In this document: positions 1 through 11,717 of the stretch, piece after piece
Layout of the letters: the number at the start of each line of letters is the position of its first letter
Numbering within the stretch: the stretch's first letter is position 1
Assembly (NCBI RefSeq): GCF_902713615.1
Contig: NC_052157.1
Coordinates: forward strand, 58,478,325 to 58,542,324
Reading direction: 5' to 3'
DNA: 64,000 bases
Source: Scyliorhinus canicula
Taxonomy: Eukaryota
Program-made: the position numbers and the translations under genes
Notes under the pieces: generated by a model
The model's database searches: none
What the model was told of the DNA's origin: nothing
What the model saw: the letters and a program-made list of their open reading frames with translations, nothing else

Positions 1-1000
1 CCTCATACCCACCCCCTCAACCCCACCCCTGGCACACAATGTGCTGATGACGGGTGTGAGCGAGCACTCAGCAGACAGGCAGGGGTCAGACTGTGGCATA
101 GATTGAGCAGCACCAGCGCCCAACTCGCTGCGGGTTATCATCACCGCCACCCCACTTACCCTCGACAGTGACCCGCTGACAGTGCTGACACACTCCCATC
201 ACCCTGGAGTGCAGTTACACAGACCCTGTGAGGGTGGGACGGAAGAGGGAGAGAAGGGGGAAGGCTGAAGGATGTGGCGGAGGGGGGTGGGAAGACGGGC
301 TGGTGGGGAGGGGGGTGAATGATGGACGAGACCGCATCCTATGTGAAGCAGGTAAGGGTGAAGTCCTCCCTGTCCCTCCGGATTTGTCGGACTCTCGCTG
401 CTGTCGCCTGTTCTTCATCTACCGACTGGTCCTGCGGTCACTGGTCTCCGTACTGGCATCATTCGCTAGGTCCTCAGCAGATAACCCTTATCCCCAAAAG
501 CCAAACAGCTGCCCTGGTGTGGTCCTCAAAGAGGCTGAGGATGTCCAACTGTCCTTGGATTAAGTTGTCAGGTACTGGAACCCATTCCTGTTGACATCGG
601 GCATGCCCAGATGGCTCAGTGACGCAAGGCTACATGCGTGCCATCTATTAGCCCCTGGACCAAGGGCATCCTGTCTATGGCAGAGAATCCTACTGCCCAA
701 GCATCTTGTTGGGCCTGGTCCATATCAAAGTTTATATAGTTTGCCGCCCGGGCAAACAGGGCATCTGTGACTTCACGGACTTCACTTATGGGCTGCAGCA
801 TGTGAGATGCTGTACAATTCCCTGCTCGAGCCCAGGAATGATCCTGAGGTGTAGCAGTTCAGGGCCGCGGTGACCTTGATGGCCACCAGGACCGGGTATC
901 CTCCTCCTCCACATGGTGCCAAGTCCATGAGGTCATGGCACAGGTGCCACACAGTTCCTTGTTGAGGTGGAGACTCCTGTGGCACATGCTGTCCGTCATC
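1..1000 (-). mobile_element. Degenerate PIF/Harbinger transposon (HARBI1-like DDE transposase remnant), runs off the window start
   Basis: Minus-strand ORF fragments VLVAIKVTAALNCYTSGSF (782-985) and GFSAIDRMPLVQGLIDGTHVAL (616-801) match the HARBI1 N-terminus and first catalytic Asp (IDGTH); a GDKGY motif reads on the minus strand near 481-500; frameshifts and stops are present. Confidence 0.85.
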
Positions 1001-2089
1001 TGATCAAAAGACCAGCGACGCCTGTAAATCTTGGCCCCTGTGGTAATGGTGATTTCTCAATAAAATGAGATTCTCTGAGCTCCTCCAGATCTGAGGTTCA
1101 GGGAGGGAATTCCAGAGCTTAGGGTCCAGGCAGCTGAAGGCACAGCTGCCAGTGGTGGAGCGATGGAATTGAGGAAGGTGATCGAAAGGCTGGAGCGTAG
1201 AGATCAGGGATGTTCAAAGGGACTGGACAAGGACACAGAGAAAGAGAAATGGCTGGTGGAGTTCAGAAAAAGAGTTCTAGGAACTGCAGGAGGTTACAGA
1301 TTTTAGGGATGGTTCGGGGTGGCAGCATTCCGGGCTGGAGCAGGTTACAGGGATAAGGGGCAGGATTTAATGGGCATGTGGCGCTTAAGCGAGAGCATGG
1401 CGAGGCCTTTAGATCGCAGGGAAGGCCAAAATCGAGAACCACGCCAACTGATCGATTTGCGATCTAACCGGCCTACCCCTGTTGGTGAAATCAGGATCCT
1501 GCCGTAGCGTGGCAAGAAACGAATAATCATCACTTAAGGCCAATCTGGACAGAAATAACAGGAGAGAAACTCGAGGTGGTGGCCCATGTGCAGCACCCCG
1601 CTCCATTTCCTGAGGTCCAGGCCGTCCATCAGACCAGGGAGGAACCCAGAGAGGGAGGCTGATGGTGCAACAACAGTTAGAATAGACAGAGAGAGTGCAG
1701 TCCCCACACTTCCTGCCCAGTTTCGCCATCAGAGTGACCACAATAGGCAAGTTAAACAACTGAAAGTTAAACAGATAGCTCAGCGAGCAGTGTAGAAAGG
1801 TGAGACATTTACTCAGTTATCCTGTGTGCCTTGTAGACTCTGTGTTTGGTGGATGACTGGCTTCACTCCCCAGGGTCCTGAGGACATTGAGCCAATGTGG
1901 AATAAACTTGTCCACTCCTGTGTCCAGAATTCTCTTCCATCTACTGTGAAACCTTGGGGAGCTCCTTTTGTGGCCTGTCGATGGTCCACCCGCTCTGCCA
2001 CTGGGTACCAGAGACAGAGGGGGTGGATATTGAGTCTAGTGGATCTACAAACCATCCAGTGTTAAATATTGATATTTTTCTCTCCTCAG

Positions 2090-2455
2090 TTGGACTGTCA
2101 CAAGAGTGGAAAGGCCACCCTCCACGAGAGGTGACAGCGCAGGAAGGTTTGTGTGTACAGATTCCATGTCATTACAGCTATCCATCACATCTGGCAAACC
2201 AATCTCAAGTTGGAGTCTGGTTCAATAATGAAAGAGGGGCGACGTCAACTACTGTCTTTCACTCCAAGGATGACAATCACGTGGTGCCACGTTTCCGCCA
2301 TCGGACCCGGCTGTCTGGAAACCTGAAAGATGGCGACTGTTCGCTGATTATAACTAACGTCACACAGGAAGATTCAGGACCTTATTATTTCAGAATAGGA
2401 CCTGATGACAGGATTGCTTACAGAAACTATCCTGTAACCCGGCTTAATGTTTCTG
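2090..2455 (+). CDS. Gene A exon V1: Siglec-type V-set Ig domain
   Basis: Acceptor ctcctcag/TT, donor TCTG/gtaaat, phase 1-1, 122 codons. Sequence VGLSQEW...EGLCVQIPCHYSYP...DGDCSLII...DSGPYYFRI has the N-terminal Trp, extra B-strand Cys, E-strand Cys and F-strand Arg (AGA 2392-2394) typical of Siglec V domains. Confidence 0.92.
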
Positions 2456-2809
2456 GTAAATGTTTCTATACTATTTAATTCAACCCTCTCTGGGTTGATG
2501 TCCCCTAATGGCATATTTTATTTCCTCCAGTTTGAGAAATTCTGCCAGATAGGATAGCCAGTCTGCAGCCCTGGGTAGCGCAGCCGATTGCCAGCTGAAC
2601 TGGCGGGCGTTCAGGGAGGCATAGGCTAGGGCATCATCCCCTCTCCCCATGAAGAGCTCTGGCTGTTCTGAAACCCCCGAAGATTGCCACTAGAGGGCAC
2701 AGCTCCACTTTCACCCCACAACCCTGAACATGGTCTCAAAGAAGGTCGTCCGGTACCCGACAAGACCAGAACACGTGGGTGTGGTTTGCCAGGCATCCCT
2801 GCCACAGTT

Positions 2810-3553
2810 TGTCATGTTCTGTATACTGACCGATATGAATGATGCACTAGAGAACATGTAGTTCTGGACTACCTAAAATAATTTATTATAAAACAGCTGC
2901 GTGGTGAAGATAACTGAAATAAATATATAGCAAACTACTAACCCTAACTAACTATTCTAGAGCTACTGCAAAATACGTCTAACCACCAGCACGACATACT
3001 CCCAACTCCCCAAGGCACAGAGTCACATGGCAGGTATACACTGCCACCTGGTGGTCAGAGGTCATGTACATTACTATACACAAGATTGCTGATGCATATC
3101 ATCGAATGTTCACACTTGTGCTCCACCTCCAGAAGCCCACTGATTAGGTGTGCCCTGTATGCCATCTTTGGTTGTGTTAGGCTCAGCCATGCACATGGGG
3201 AGGAGAAGTTTGCCCTTTTGCTTCTTTGTTCCACAGTTCTCCCCATAACTCCCTGCCTAGCTCTTCCGCCCATTCGTCCTTGTCTCTTCCGAGGCTGGGT
3301 GGGGAAGGGAGTATCTCTTCCATTAGTTGGCCGTACATGTCAGCACAGATCCCGTCTCCTAGTTCGCCCGTGGTCAGAAGTCGCCTTTCCTGAGACTGCT
3401 CAGCACATCCCCACCACCGGAAGTCAATTAGTCACTTACCTGTTCATTCTGTACGTTTATTAACATCTTCCTTTAGTTTATTGCAGTTTTCTTCTGTATT
3501 GACTCGCTCCCAATTCAGTCTCATCTGTAACTTTTGAGTCTTATGTATCTACA
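2810..3553. mobile_element. LTR-like repeat between V1 and V2 (TG...CA ends)
   Basis: Starts tgtcatg at 2810 and ends ...tctaca at 3553; a minus-strand AATAAA lies near 2885. No TSD was verified, and the 3' end overlaps the duplicated intron sequence. Confidence 0.3.
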
Positions 3554-3591
3554 AACCATCCAGTGTTAAATGTTGATATCTCTCTCCCCAG

Positions 3592-3915
3592 TTGGACTGT
3601 CACAGGAGTGGAAAAGCCGCACTCCACAACAGGTGACAGCGCAGGAAGGTTCGTGTGTACAGATTCCGTGTCATTACAGCTATCCATCATGTCTGGCAAA
3701 GCAACCGCGAGTCGGAATCTGGACGAGTTACATGCAAGTGGGAGTATGGGAAATGTATTTTCACTCCAAGAATCAAAATCACCTGATGGATGGCAACTGT
3801 TTCCTGATTATAAACAATATCAGACGGGGAGATGAAGGGAGTTATCATTTCAGAGTAGAATTTGACAATGGTCCAAGCCATAAATATTACCCTTCCACCT
3901 GGCTTCGGGTTTCCA
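3592..3915 (+). CDS. Gene A exon V2: second Siglec V-set exon with an in-frame 42-nt deletion (tandem domain, alternative exon or decaying exon)
   Basis: Acceptor ctctccccag/TT, donor TCCA/gtaagt, phase 1-1, 108 codons, ORF open. It retains EGSCVQIPC, DGNC and YHFRV (Arg 3852-3854) but lacks the VVPRFRHRTRLSGN of V1. Confidence 0.75.
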
Positions 3916-5070
3916 GTAAGTGCCGTGTTATAATTATTCAAAAATTCACGTAAAGCACTCAGCAGAAAATAACACACACTGTGACATTACACATTAACAC
4001 AAAACACAGCTTATAACAGTGTCTGATTATCAATAACCTGGTGATAGATTCCAGTTCATCCTAAATCAACCTCTCTAATACTCTCTTTAATAGTAATGAT
4101 GAAATGTATTACTGTGTGCATCACTGTTATCAGGTTATCCACGCCCATCAATCTCCCTAATCCTGTTTAAAAGTTGGTCCTGAGTCAATAATGAGCCAGT
4201 GCACTCCAAGATCTGATCTGCTCCTCCACTCTCACGCAGTATTGTCAATTCAAGGGTCTCGGAGTGAAAGTGTATCAAACTGAGAGTCAGAAATGCCAAT
4301 GCCTGAAAGTAGTGTAAGGATTCCCATGTTTAAATCTTGCTTCCCTTGTGTAATTTCTTTATGTTCTGTTCTGCTGGCTTCTGTAATACTGCAGCCTTTG
4401 CTTTTAAACAGGGACACCTCAGTATAATGTGCTATTTCAACTCGTCCAAAAACACCTCCCGGACAATGTGTTATCAGGCATGGTCCACTGATGACTCGAT
4501 TTGATGGACTTGGCTGGCAGCCAATCAACTGCTCATATTCTCGGGACTTCTCTAATTCTCTGTGCTGATTGATGTTGGTCACAGAAGGTTGTGGAAAATA
4601 CAGCAGGCTCCATCTTGGGAGGTTTTAAGTTTCCCTTCTGATTTGAGAGGCTGGAGAGCCATAGTTCTCTCTCTCTCTCACATTCCTGATGACCTCTCTA
4701 AGGACCTGAAGAAAGGTTTATCTCTGCACCACAGCCAGTTAAACCCAAATTGCTACATGTGAAAGTGACTCCCCAAAATAATTCCTACGGCCCGTGAGGT
4801 TTGATTGAAGGGGCACACCAGAAGGTCCAAACCAACTGGTGCTTTTTAACACATAACGTCACTAGATAGCTGACTACAAAGACTACATCCTCAGTAGTGA
4901 AGATATCTATCTCACATCCCTCTCAATCCCCATTAGTTTGATCCTTTCTCCACTGTGTGTCTGTCTTCTGTGTGTGCGGGTGGAGAGTGAGACAGCATTA
5001 AGGGGAATAATTAGATTATCAGACCGTAGTTCTATTATCACCATTACTTGTTTATTTCTTCTCTTCTGGT

Positions 5071-5355
5071 AGGACGGCACAGTGGTCAGCACGGCTGCCT
5101 CACAGCACTCACGGCCCGGGTTCAATTTTGGCCGTGGGTGACTGTGTGGAGTTTGAACGTTCTCCTCGTGTTTGAGTGGGTTTCCTCCTGGTGCTCCAGT
5201 TCCCTCCGACAAAGATGTGCAGGTTAGGTGGGGTTATGTACTTACAGGGATAGAGAGGGGGACTGGGCCGAGGTAAGGTACTCTTTCAGAGGATCAGTGC
5301 AGACTCGTAGGGCCGAATAGCCTCCTTCTGCACGGTAGAAATTTTTTGATTCTAT
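5071..5355 (+). mobile_element. tRNA-derived V-SINE (HE1-like)
   Basis: A/B-box-like head, central ccaaagatgtgcaggttaggtgg V-domain, CR1-like tail ending ttctat. Confidence 0.8.
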
Positions 5356-5481
5356 AACATTCTCAGATCATTGTTCTGATACCATCCTTGTAAAAGGGCT
5401 TTCTCTGGTGGGACTGTGATTTCTATTTGAACTGATGCTTCACGTTATATTTATCTGAAAGTATCATTCTCTGTGTGTCAG

Positions 5482-5775
5482 ATTTCACAGATAAACCCAG
5501 GATATTCCCGGCTGAAATTATTGCAGGAAAGCGTGTGGACATAAGCTGCACCTTCAACACAACATGCAACGGAACAGCACCTGTCTTAACCTGGGACACT
5601 CCCACTGACGTACCTGGATCAGTCTCAAACACAGTAACTCAGCATGGCGTCACTCTGACCTATACTTCTGTTCTGACCCTGATCCCATCACTCAAACACC
5701 ACGGACAAAACCTTACGTGTAGAGTGAGATATCCATCTGTTTCATCGGAGCGAACCCTCAGACTGATTGTGCAAG
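5482..5775 (+). CDS. Gene A exon C2: Siglec C2-set Ig domain
   Basis: Acceptor gtgtcag/AT, donor CAAG/gtaagt, 98 codons. DKPRIFP...ISCTFNTTCNGTAPVLTW...PSLKHHGQNLTCRV carries the extra Cys that pairs with the V domain in Siglecs. Confidence 0.92.
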
Positions 5776-5999
5776 GTAAGTATGGTCATGATACTTTCTA
5801 CAATAGTTGGAATGGTCTAGATTGTGCACAGCAAGATCCCATGAACATCAATGTGATGCAGATGAGATCATCTGCATATGGGATATTTGACTTCCTTCTC
5901 TTCCGCCTTGTGTGGCTTGGTGTCAAAGTTTTAGTTGTGTCTTCAACTGAGAGATGGAGAGATTTAGGGAGGGGATTTCTGTTTGTTCAAAGCTTACAC

Positions 6000-6314
6000 A
6001 GGCATCACTGGAACCTCAAAACACCAGGGACCAGGGTTCAATTCTTGCCTTGGCTAACTGTGTGGAGTTTGCATCTTCTCTCCGTGTCTGCATGGATTTC
6101 CGCCGAGTGCTCTGTTTTCCTCCCACAATCCAAAGATGTGCAAGTTGGGTGGATTGTCCATGATCAATTGCTCCTGCCCCTTAGTTTTCAAAAGGTTAGG
6201 TGGAACTGCTGGGTTACGGGTATAGAGTGGGGACCTGACTCTGAGTAGGGTGCTCTTTCAGAGGCAGACTCGAAGGGCCAAATGGCCTCCTTCTGCACTG
6301 CAGGGGTTCTATGA
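6000..6314 (+). mobile_element. V-SINE (HE1-like), diverged
   Basis: ggttcaattc B-box, tccaaagatgtgcaagttgg core, ccttctgcactg...ttctatg tail. Confidence 0.75.
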
Positions 6315-7022
6315 TTACATTGTGCTCTCACTGCTCCAATGTCCACTTTTTCTATTATATCCAATGGCCCAGTTGGACCTGGCACAGAAAGGGTTAATAC
6401 TGGACTGATGATGGCACCGCCCACACAGTGATGTGAGCGAGCACGAGACCAACAGCCAGGGTGAACTTCTTGTTGAATGGAGACGTGTGTACCAGTAAGC
6501 ATGGAGATAATTCCTGGCTGTCACCATTTACTGTACATTTGTAAATAGTTCTAAGACTCAGTAAAGATTTACAGTTAATCTATGGATAACTACAAAGACT
6601 TCTTCAGACCTATCAAACTGTAACCAACATGTACAGCACCTTTTCCTACTGAGAAACTCACTTATCCATCGTACCATTCGAGTAAATCTCCCCTGGGTCG
6701 CATCATAAAGATGTGTAGTGGATTAACAGACAATACACGGACTGTATGATTTCCTGCAGTGGTTTATGATTGCCTGGGGATGTTGGACAGAAGATTTCTA
6801 CATTATTCCCTTTCTTATTGGCCATGGTGTTGCATCCATGAATTAAACAGTATTTTCAGAACCAAAACAGGCCACTTGGCCCAACTTCTCCATGCCGGCA
6901 ATTCTGTTCCACAGAAGCCTCTTCCCACCCCCGCTCTTCATTTTCCCCCATCACCATTTCCTTCCATTTATCTCTACCTCGTGTTTATCCAGCTTCCCCC
7001 TTAAATGCATTAACACTATTCA

Positions 7023-7510
7023 CCTCAGCCACTCCCTGTGGGAGCAAGTCGCACATTCTCGCACTCCCTGTGAGAGCGAGTTCAACATTTACCCCACTCC
7101 CCATGGGAGTGATCCCACATTCTCCCCAACTCCCATGGGAGCAAGTCCCACATTAGCTCCACCGCCTGTGGGAACGAGTCCCACATTCTTCCCACTCCCT
7201 GTGGGAGCGAATCCCACACTCTCCCCCCTCTTTTGGGAGTGAGTCCCACATTCTCCCCACTCCCTGTGGGAGCGAGTCTCAGATTCTCCCCAATCACTGT
7301 GGGAGCGAGTCCCACATTCTCCCCACTCCCTGTGGGAGTGAGTTCCACATTATCCTCACTCCCTGTGGAAGCGAGTCTCACATTCTCCCCACTCCCTATG
7401 GAGTGAATTCTATATTCTCCCCACTCCCTGTGGGACTGAATTCCACATTATCCCCACTCCCTGTGGGAGAGAGTCCCATATTCTCTCCAATCCCTGTGGG
7501 AGTGAATTCC
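7023..7510. repeat. 33-bp minisatellite (gggagcgagtcccacattctccccactccctgt)n
   Basis: About 14 degenerate tandem units; the minus-strand ORF shows an 11-aa period (LTPTGSGENVG). Confidence 0.9.
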
Positions 7511-7868
7511 ACAGAGGTCCGTCACGATCCTGATGATTTGCACATGCATTGGAGGTGGATATCCAGCCTGCGTTAAACAATTCCGGATTTTTCTACAACA
7601 CGATCCTGCTCACAGCAATGGAGAGAAACATTGGATTGGGAGTCAAACAGGAAAATGATCAATTCTCACTAATGTTTCACACTCAGGTGAAAGTTCAGAT
7701 TGTCCACTCTTAGAGTGTTCACACTGAAAACATTCAGGATCCATTTAATCCCAGTGGATGGATCAATATTACAGCAAATGTCGCAGTGATATTCAGTTGG
7801 ATTGTTCAGCCAGAGTGAGAGATTGAAAGCAGAGAGTAAATGATGATTTCTTTCTGTGTATTTTTCAG

Positions 7869-7987
7869 ACAGTGGAGGAGAGAATCTGGACGTGATCCTG
7901 ATCCTGGGAATACGAGCTGTGATATTCATTGTAGTTGTCGTTATCACTGTCGCTGGGATTTGTGTCTGGGAGAGACGGACAGTTTAA
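7869..7987 (+). CDS. Gene A transmembrane/stop exon: (D)SGGENLDVILILGIRAVIFIVVVVITVAGICVWERRTV*
   Basis: Strong acceptor ttctgtgtatttttcag/AC, phase 1 matches the C2 donor. It encodes a hydrophobic stretch of about 26 residues with Arg (CGA 7913-7915) and TAA at 7985-7987. It is missed by the ORF track because it is short. Confidence 0.8.
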
Positions 7988-8104
7988 GGAAGTCCTCAGT
8001 CTGTTTAAAGCTTTGTGCAGTAACAATCTTGTCTGTCAGTGCAGCCAAATACCGTGTGGTGTTGGGTTAAGTTGCAATGAAACCAGTCACTTGTCCTGGT
8101 TAGA

Positions 8105-8797
8105 ATCACTTTAGTGTCATCGAGTCATTCCAGCACCGGAAGAAGCCATTCAGCACATCCAGTCCAGGCTATCTCTCTGTGTGGACCAATCCAGTCAGTT
8201 CCATGACCCCTGCTCTATCCCGGTATCTCTACAAGTTAATTTCCCTCAAACGTTTGCCCAATTTTCCTTTTAAAATCATTCACCATCTCCACTTTCACCC
8301 ACTCTCCATCGTGGGCAGCGAGTTCCAGGTCATTACCACTCGCTGTGTAAACAGCTCATCCTCACATTCCCTCTCCGCCCAAAACCTTAAAGCTGTGCCC
8401 CCGCCTCCCTTCCTTGTGCAATCAGCTTTTCATAGAACCATAGATTCCCTACAATGCAGAAGGAGGCCATTCGGACCATCGAGTCTACACCTTTGAAAGA
8501 GCACCCTACCTGGACCTACTCCCCACCCGATCACGTAACGCCACCTAGCCAAGAGGCAATTAATCATGGCCAATCCACCTAACCTGCAAATCTTTGGACT
8601 GTAGAAGGAACCAGAGCTTAGCACAGGGCTAAAGAACTGACTCTTAAAACATACCACGCTGGCCAGCAGCACGGTTCAATTCCCATACCAGCCTCCCCGA
8701 ACAGGCACTGGAATGTGGCGGCTAGGGGCTTTTCACAGTAACTTCATTTGAAGCCTACTTGTGACAATAAGTCATTTTCACTTTCATTTTCATTTCA
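8105..8797. mobile_element. Cluster: CR1 3' fragment (-), partial V-SINE (-), second SINE family (+)
   Basis: Reverse CR1 tail motifs 8105-8400; catagaaccatag...aggaggccattcgg SINE tail 8431-8612; cacagtaacttcatttgaagcctacttgtgacaataag(tttca)n 8617-8797. Confidence 0.65.
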
Positions 8798-8957
8798 GAC
8801 ATAGAGAGAATGTGAAAACTCCGCACAGTCACCCGAAGCCAGAATTCCTAATGGCAACAGCTATTCTTTATCTATCTTATCAAAACCTGTTTTTTCTATA
8901 TGTACAGGTGAACTCCTAAAGTTGTTCATTCATATTTGGTGCAAGAGTAGACAGGAA

Positions 8958-11325
8958 ACTGTGGCCAAACCAAGGCTCACAGAAGAATTAGAGATAGTAT
9001 CAGATTCAAAAAAGAGGCATACAAATTAGCAAGAAAAAGCAATCGACCTGAGGATTGGGAACTGTTTAAAATTCAACAAAGTCCGACCAAGGGATTGATT
9101 AAGAATAAGAAAATACAACATGAAAGTTCGCTAGAGGAGAATATAAAAACTGATCGTAAAAGTTTCCATATCTATCTAAAGAAAAAAGGTTGCTAAAGAC
9201 TCCAGTCAGAAACGGGGGAATTTATAACAGAGAACAAAGAAATGGCTGAGGAACTAAATTTGTACTTTGCTTCTGTCTTCACTAGGGAAGACATGAATAA
9301 TGTACCGGACGTTCTGAGAAATACAAGTTTTAGTGAGGAGCTGAAGTAAATCAGTATTAGTAAAGAAATAGTTTTGGGGAAATTAATGGGATTGAAGGAG
9401 GACAAATCTCCAGGCCTGATAGTCCTCATCCCAGAATGCTTAAGGATGTAGCCCAAGAAATAGTAGATTCATTGGTGTTCATTTCATAAAATTCTTTGGA
9501 CTCTGGAATGGTTCCTGCAGATTGGAGTGTAGCTAATATAATCCCACTATTCAAAATGGGAGGTAGAAAGAAAACAGGTAACTATAGACCAGTGGGCTTA
9601 AAGTCGGTAGTAGCGATGTTGCCAGAGTCCTTTATCAAGGATTTCATCACACAGTATTTGAAAAGTAGTGGTATAACCAAAGTCAGCATGGATATACGAA
9701 AGGGAAATTATGCTTGAGAGATTTTCGAGAACATATTGAAGATTATAGAATTTACAGTGCAGAAGGAGGCCATTCGGCCCATCGAGTCAGCACCGGCTCT
9801 TGGAAAGAGCACCCTACCCAAGGTCAACACCTCCACCCTATCCCCATAACCTAGTAACCCCACCCAACACAAAGGGCAATTTTGGACACTAAGGGCAATT
9901 TATCATGGCCAATCCACCTAACCTGCACATCTTTGGACTGTGGGAGGAAACCGCAGCACCCGGAGGAAACCCACGCACACACGGGGAGGATGTGCAGACT
10001 CCGCACAGACAGTGACCCAAGCCGGAATCGAACCTGGGACCCTGAAGCTGTGAAGCCATTGTGCTGTCCACAATGGTACCGTGCTGCACCGTGCTAGATG
10101 TAGCTAGTTGAGTTGACATGGGAGAACCAGTGGATGTGGTTTATTTAGTTATTCAGAAAACTTTCGATGAGGTCTCACATAGCAGAGAAAGTTAAAGCAC
10201 ATGGGATTGTGGATAGTGTCTTGAGATGAATGGAAAGCTGGTTAGCTTCCTGAAAACAGGAAGCAAATAGTTGGAATCAATGGGTCTTTTTCTGATTGGC
10301 AGGCAATGATTAGTGGGATACCGCAAGGATTTGTGCTGGGTCCCCAACTGTTCACATTATATATTACTGATTTGGACGATGGCACCAAATGTATTATCTC
10401 CAGATTTGCAGATGATATAAAGTTGGTTGAGAGGGTGAGCTTTGTGTAGGATGCAGAAATGCTTCAGTGGGATTTGGACAGGCTGAGTGAGTGGGCACAT
10501 GCATGGCAGATGAGGTATAATGTGGATAAATATAAGGTTATCCGCTTCGGTAGCAAAAATAGGAAGGCAGATTATTATTTGAGTGTAAGCTGAGAGAGCG
10601 CATACTCAACCAGACTTTGGTGTTCTCGTTCATCAGTCGCTGAAAGTAAGCGCGCAGGTACAACAGGCAGTATAGAAGGCAAATGGTATGTTGGTCGTCA
10701 TAGAGAGAGGATTTGAGTATAGGAATAGGGATGTTTTCGGCAATTGTATAGGGCATTGATGATGTCACACCTGGCGTATTGTGTGCAGCTTTGATGTCTT
10801 TATCTGAAGAAGGGTGTTCTTGCTATGGAGGGAGGTCAGTGAAGGTTTAACAGGCTGAATCCTGGGATGGTGGGACTGTCATACGAGGAAAGACTAAGTC
10901 AGTTAGGATTATATTCATTGGAGTTTAGAAGTGTGAGAGGAGATCTTGGAAAAACTTATTAAATTCTAACAGGATTAGACAGCGTAGATTCAGAAAGAAT
11001 GTTCTCTATGGTGGGGGAGTCCAGAACTAGGGCTCATAGATTGAGGATAAGGGGTAAATCTTTTAGGACTGAGGTGAGGAGAAATTTCTTCACCCAGAGA
11101 GTGGTGAATTTGTGGAATTCGTTCTCAGAGAAAGTAGCTGAGGCCAAAACATTGTGTAATTGCAAGAAGGGATTAGATATAGCTCTTGGGGTGAAACGGA
11201 TCAAGGAATATGGGGGGGGGGGAAAGCGGGATCAGGGTACTGAACTTGATGATCAGCCATGATCATAATGAATGGCGGAGCAGCCTCGAAGGGCTGAATG
11301 GCCTCTTCCTGCTGCTGTTTTCTAT
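8958..11325 (+). mobile_element. 5'-truncated, decayed CR1 LINE (RT region and 3' tail)
   Basis: Fragments DSGMVPADWSVANIIPLFK...GNYRPV, FADDIK and HLAYCVQL; tail ggctgaatggcctcttcctg...ttctatg; many stops. Confidence 0.85.
9745..10093 (-). mobile_element. V-SINE nested in CR1
   Basis: Complete head-core-tail on the minus strand, interrupting the RT region. Confidence 0.85.
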
Positions 11326-11339
11326 GTGTGTTTTTCTGT

Positions 11340-11590
11340 ATGTTTCTATCATCTTGTCTACCTCTGTCAAATCTCCCCTCAATCTTCTTTGCTCCAAGGA
11401 GATCAAATCCAGCTTCTCCAACCCCAACCTCGGAGCTAAAATCCTCTTCCCTGGAACCACTCTGGTAAATCTCCCTCTGCCCCCTCTCGAGGACCCTCAC
11501 ATCCTTCCTAATGTGTGGCGACCAGGACTGGACACAATACTCTAGCTGTGACCTAACCAAGCTTTATAAATGTTCAGCATAACCTCCCTG
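11340..11590 (-). mobile_element. CR1 RT C-terminal fragment
   Basis: Minus ORFs VRSQLEYCVQSWSPHIRKDVRVLER and LISLEQRRLRGDLTEV. Confidence 0.75.
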
Positions 11591-11717
11591 TTTTAATACC
11601 GTCCCTTTGTTTCAAAGAGCTTATTGTTTCTATCAGCATAAACAGCAATTTACAAGCAGAGTATCATCAGCAGACAGAGGGCAATGAAACATCGGCATGC
11701 TGCTTCTTAATGTACAG

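Larger units (their letters stand above)
2090..7987 (+). other. Gene A: Siglec-like receptor, activating-type architecture (V1, V2, C2, TM with Arg, short tail); leader exon not in window
   Basis: Four exons with AG acceptors join in phase 1 and stay in frame (366+324+294+119 nt). V1+C2+TM plus a 40-nt leader like that of gene B gives 819 nt, a multiple of 3. Confidence 0.8.

Noticed and set aside
1586-1800. Possible gene A leader exon or ETS/RUNX promoter
   Set aside because: No ATG-hydrophobic-phase-1 donor like the gene B leader was found in 1-2089; the motifs are too short to call.
2456-2478. Stops shortly after V1, V2 and V3 suggesting secreted single-V isoforms
   Set aside because: Expected intronic read-through; no poly(A) evidence nearby.
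5071-5160. tRNA-like heads as tRNA genes
   Set aside because: They are SINE heads followed by core and LINE tails; no complete cloverleaf.
5776-6248. C-terminal extension of the 257-aa ORF with a hydrophobic stretch (FLLFRLVWLGVKVLVV)
   Set aside because: Read-through past a strong GTAAGT donor into intron and SINE sequence; an intron-retained isoform cannot be excluded but has no support.
7023-7510. Regular 33-bp repeats suggesting a CRISPR array
   Set aside because: Head-to-tail units with no unique spacers, in a eukaryotic intron.
5776-7868. A second C2 exon for gene A
   Set aside because: No Ig-like C-W-C pattern with splice sites was found by eye.
8775-8790. ISRE-like TTTCACTTTC
   Set aside because: Arises from the (tttca)n tail of a SINE; no independent support.
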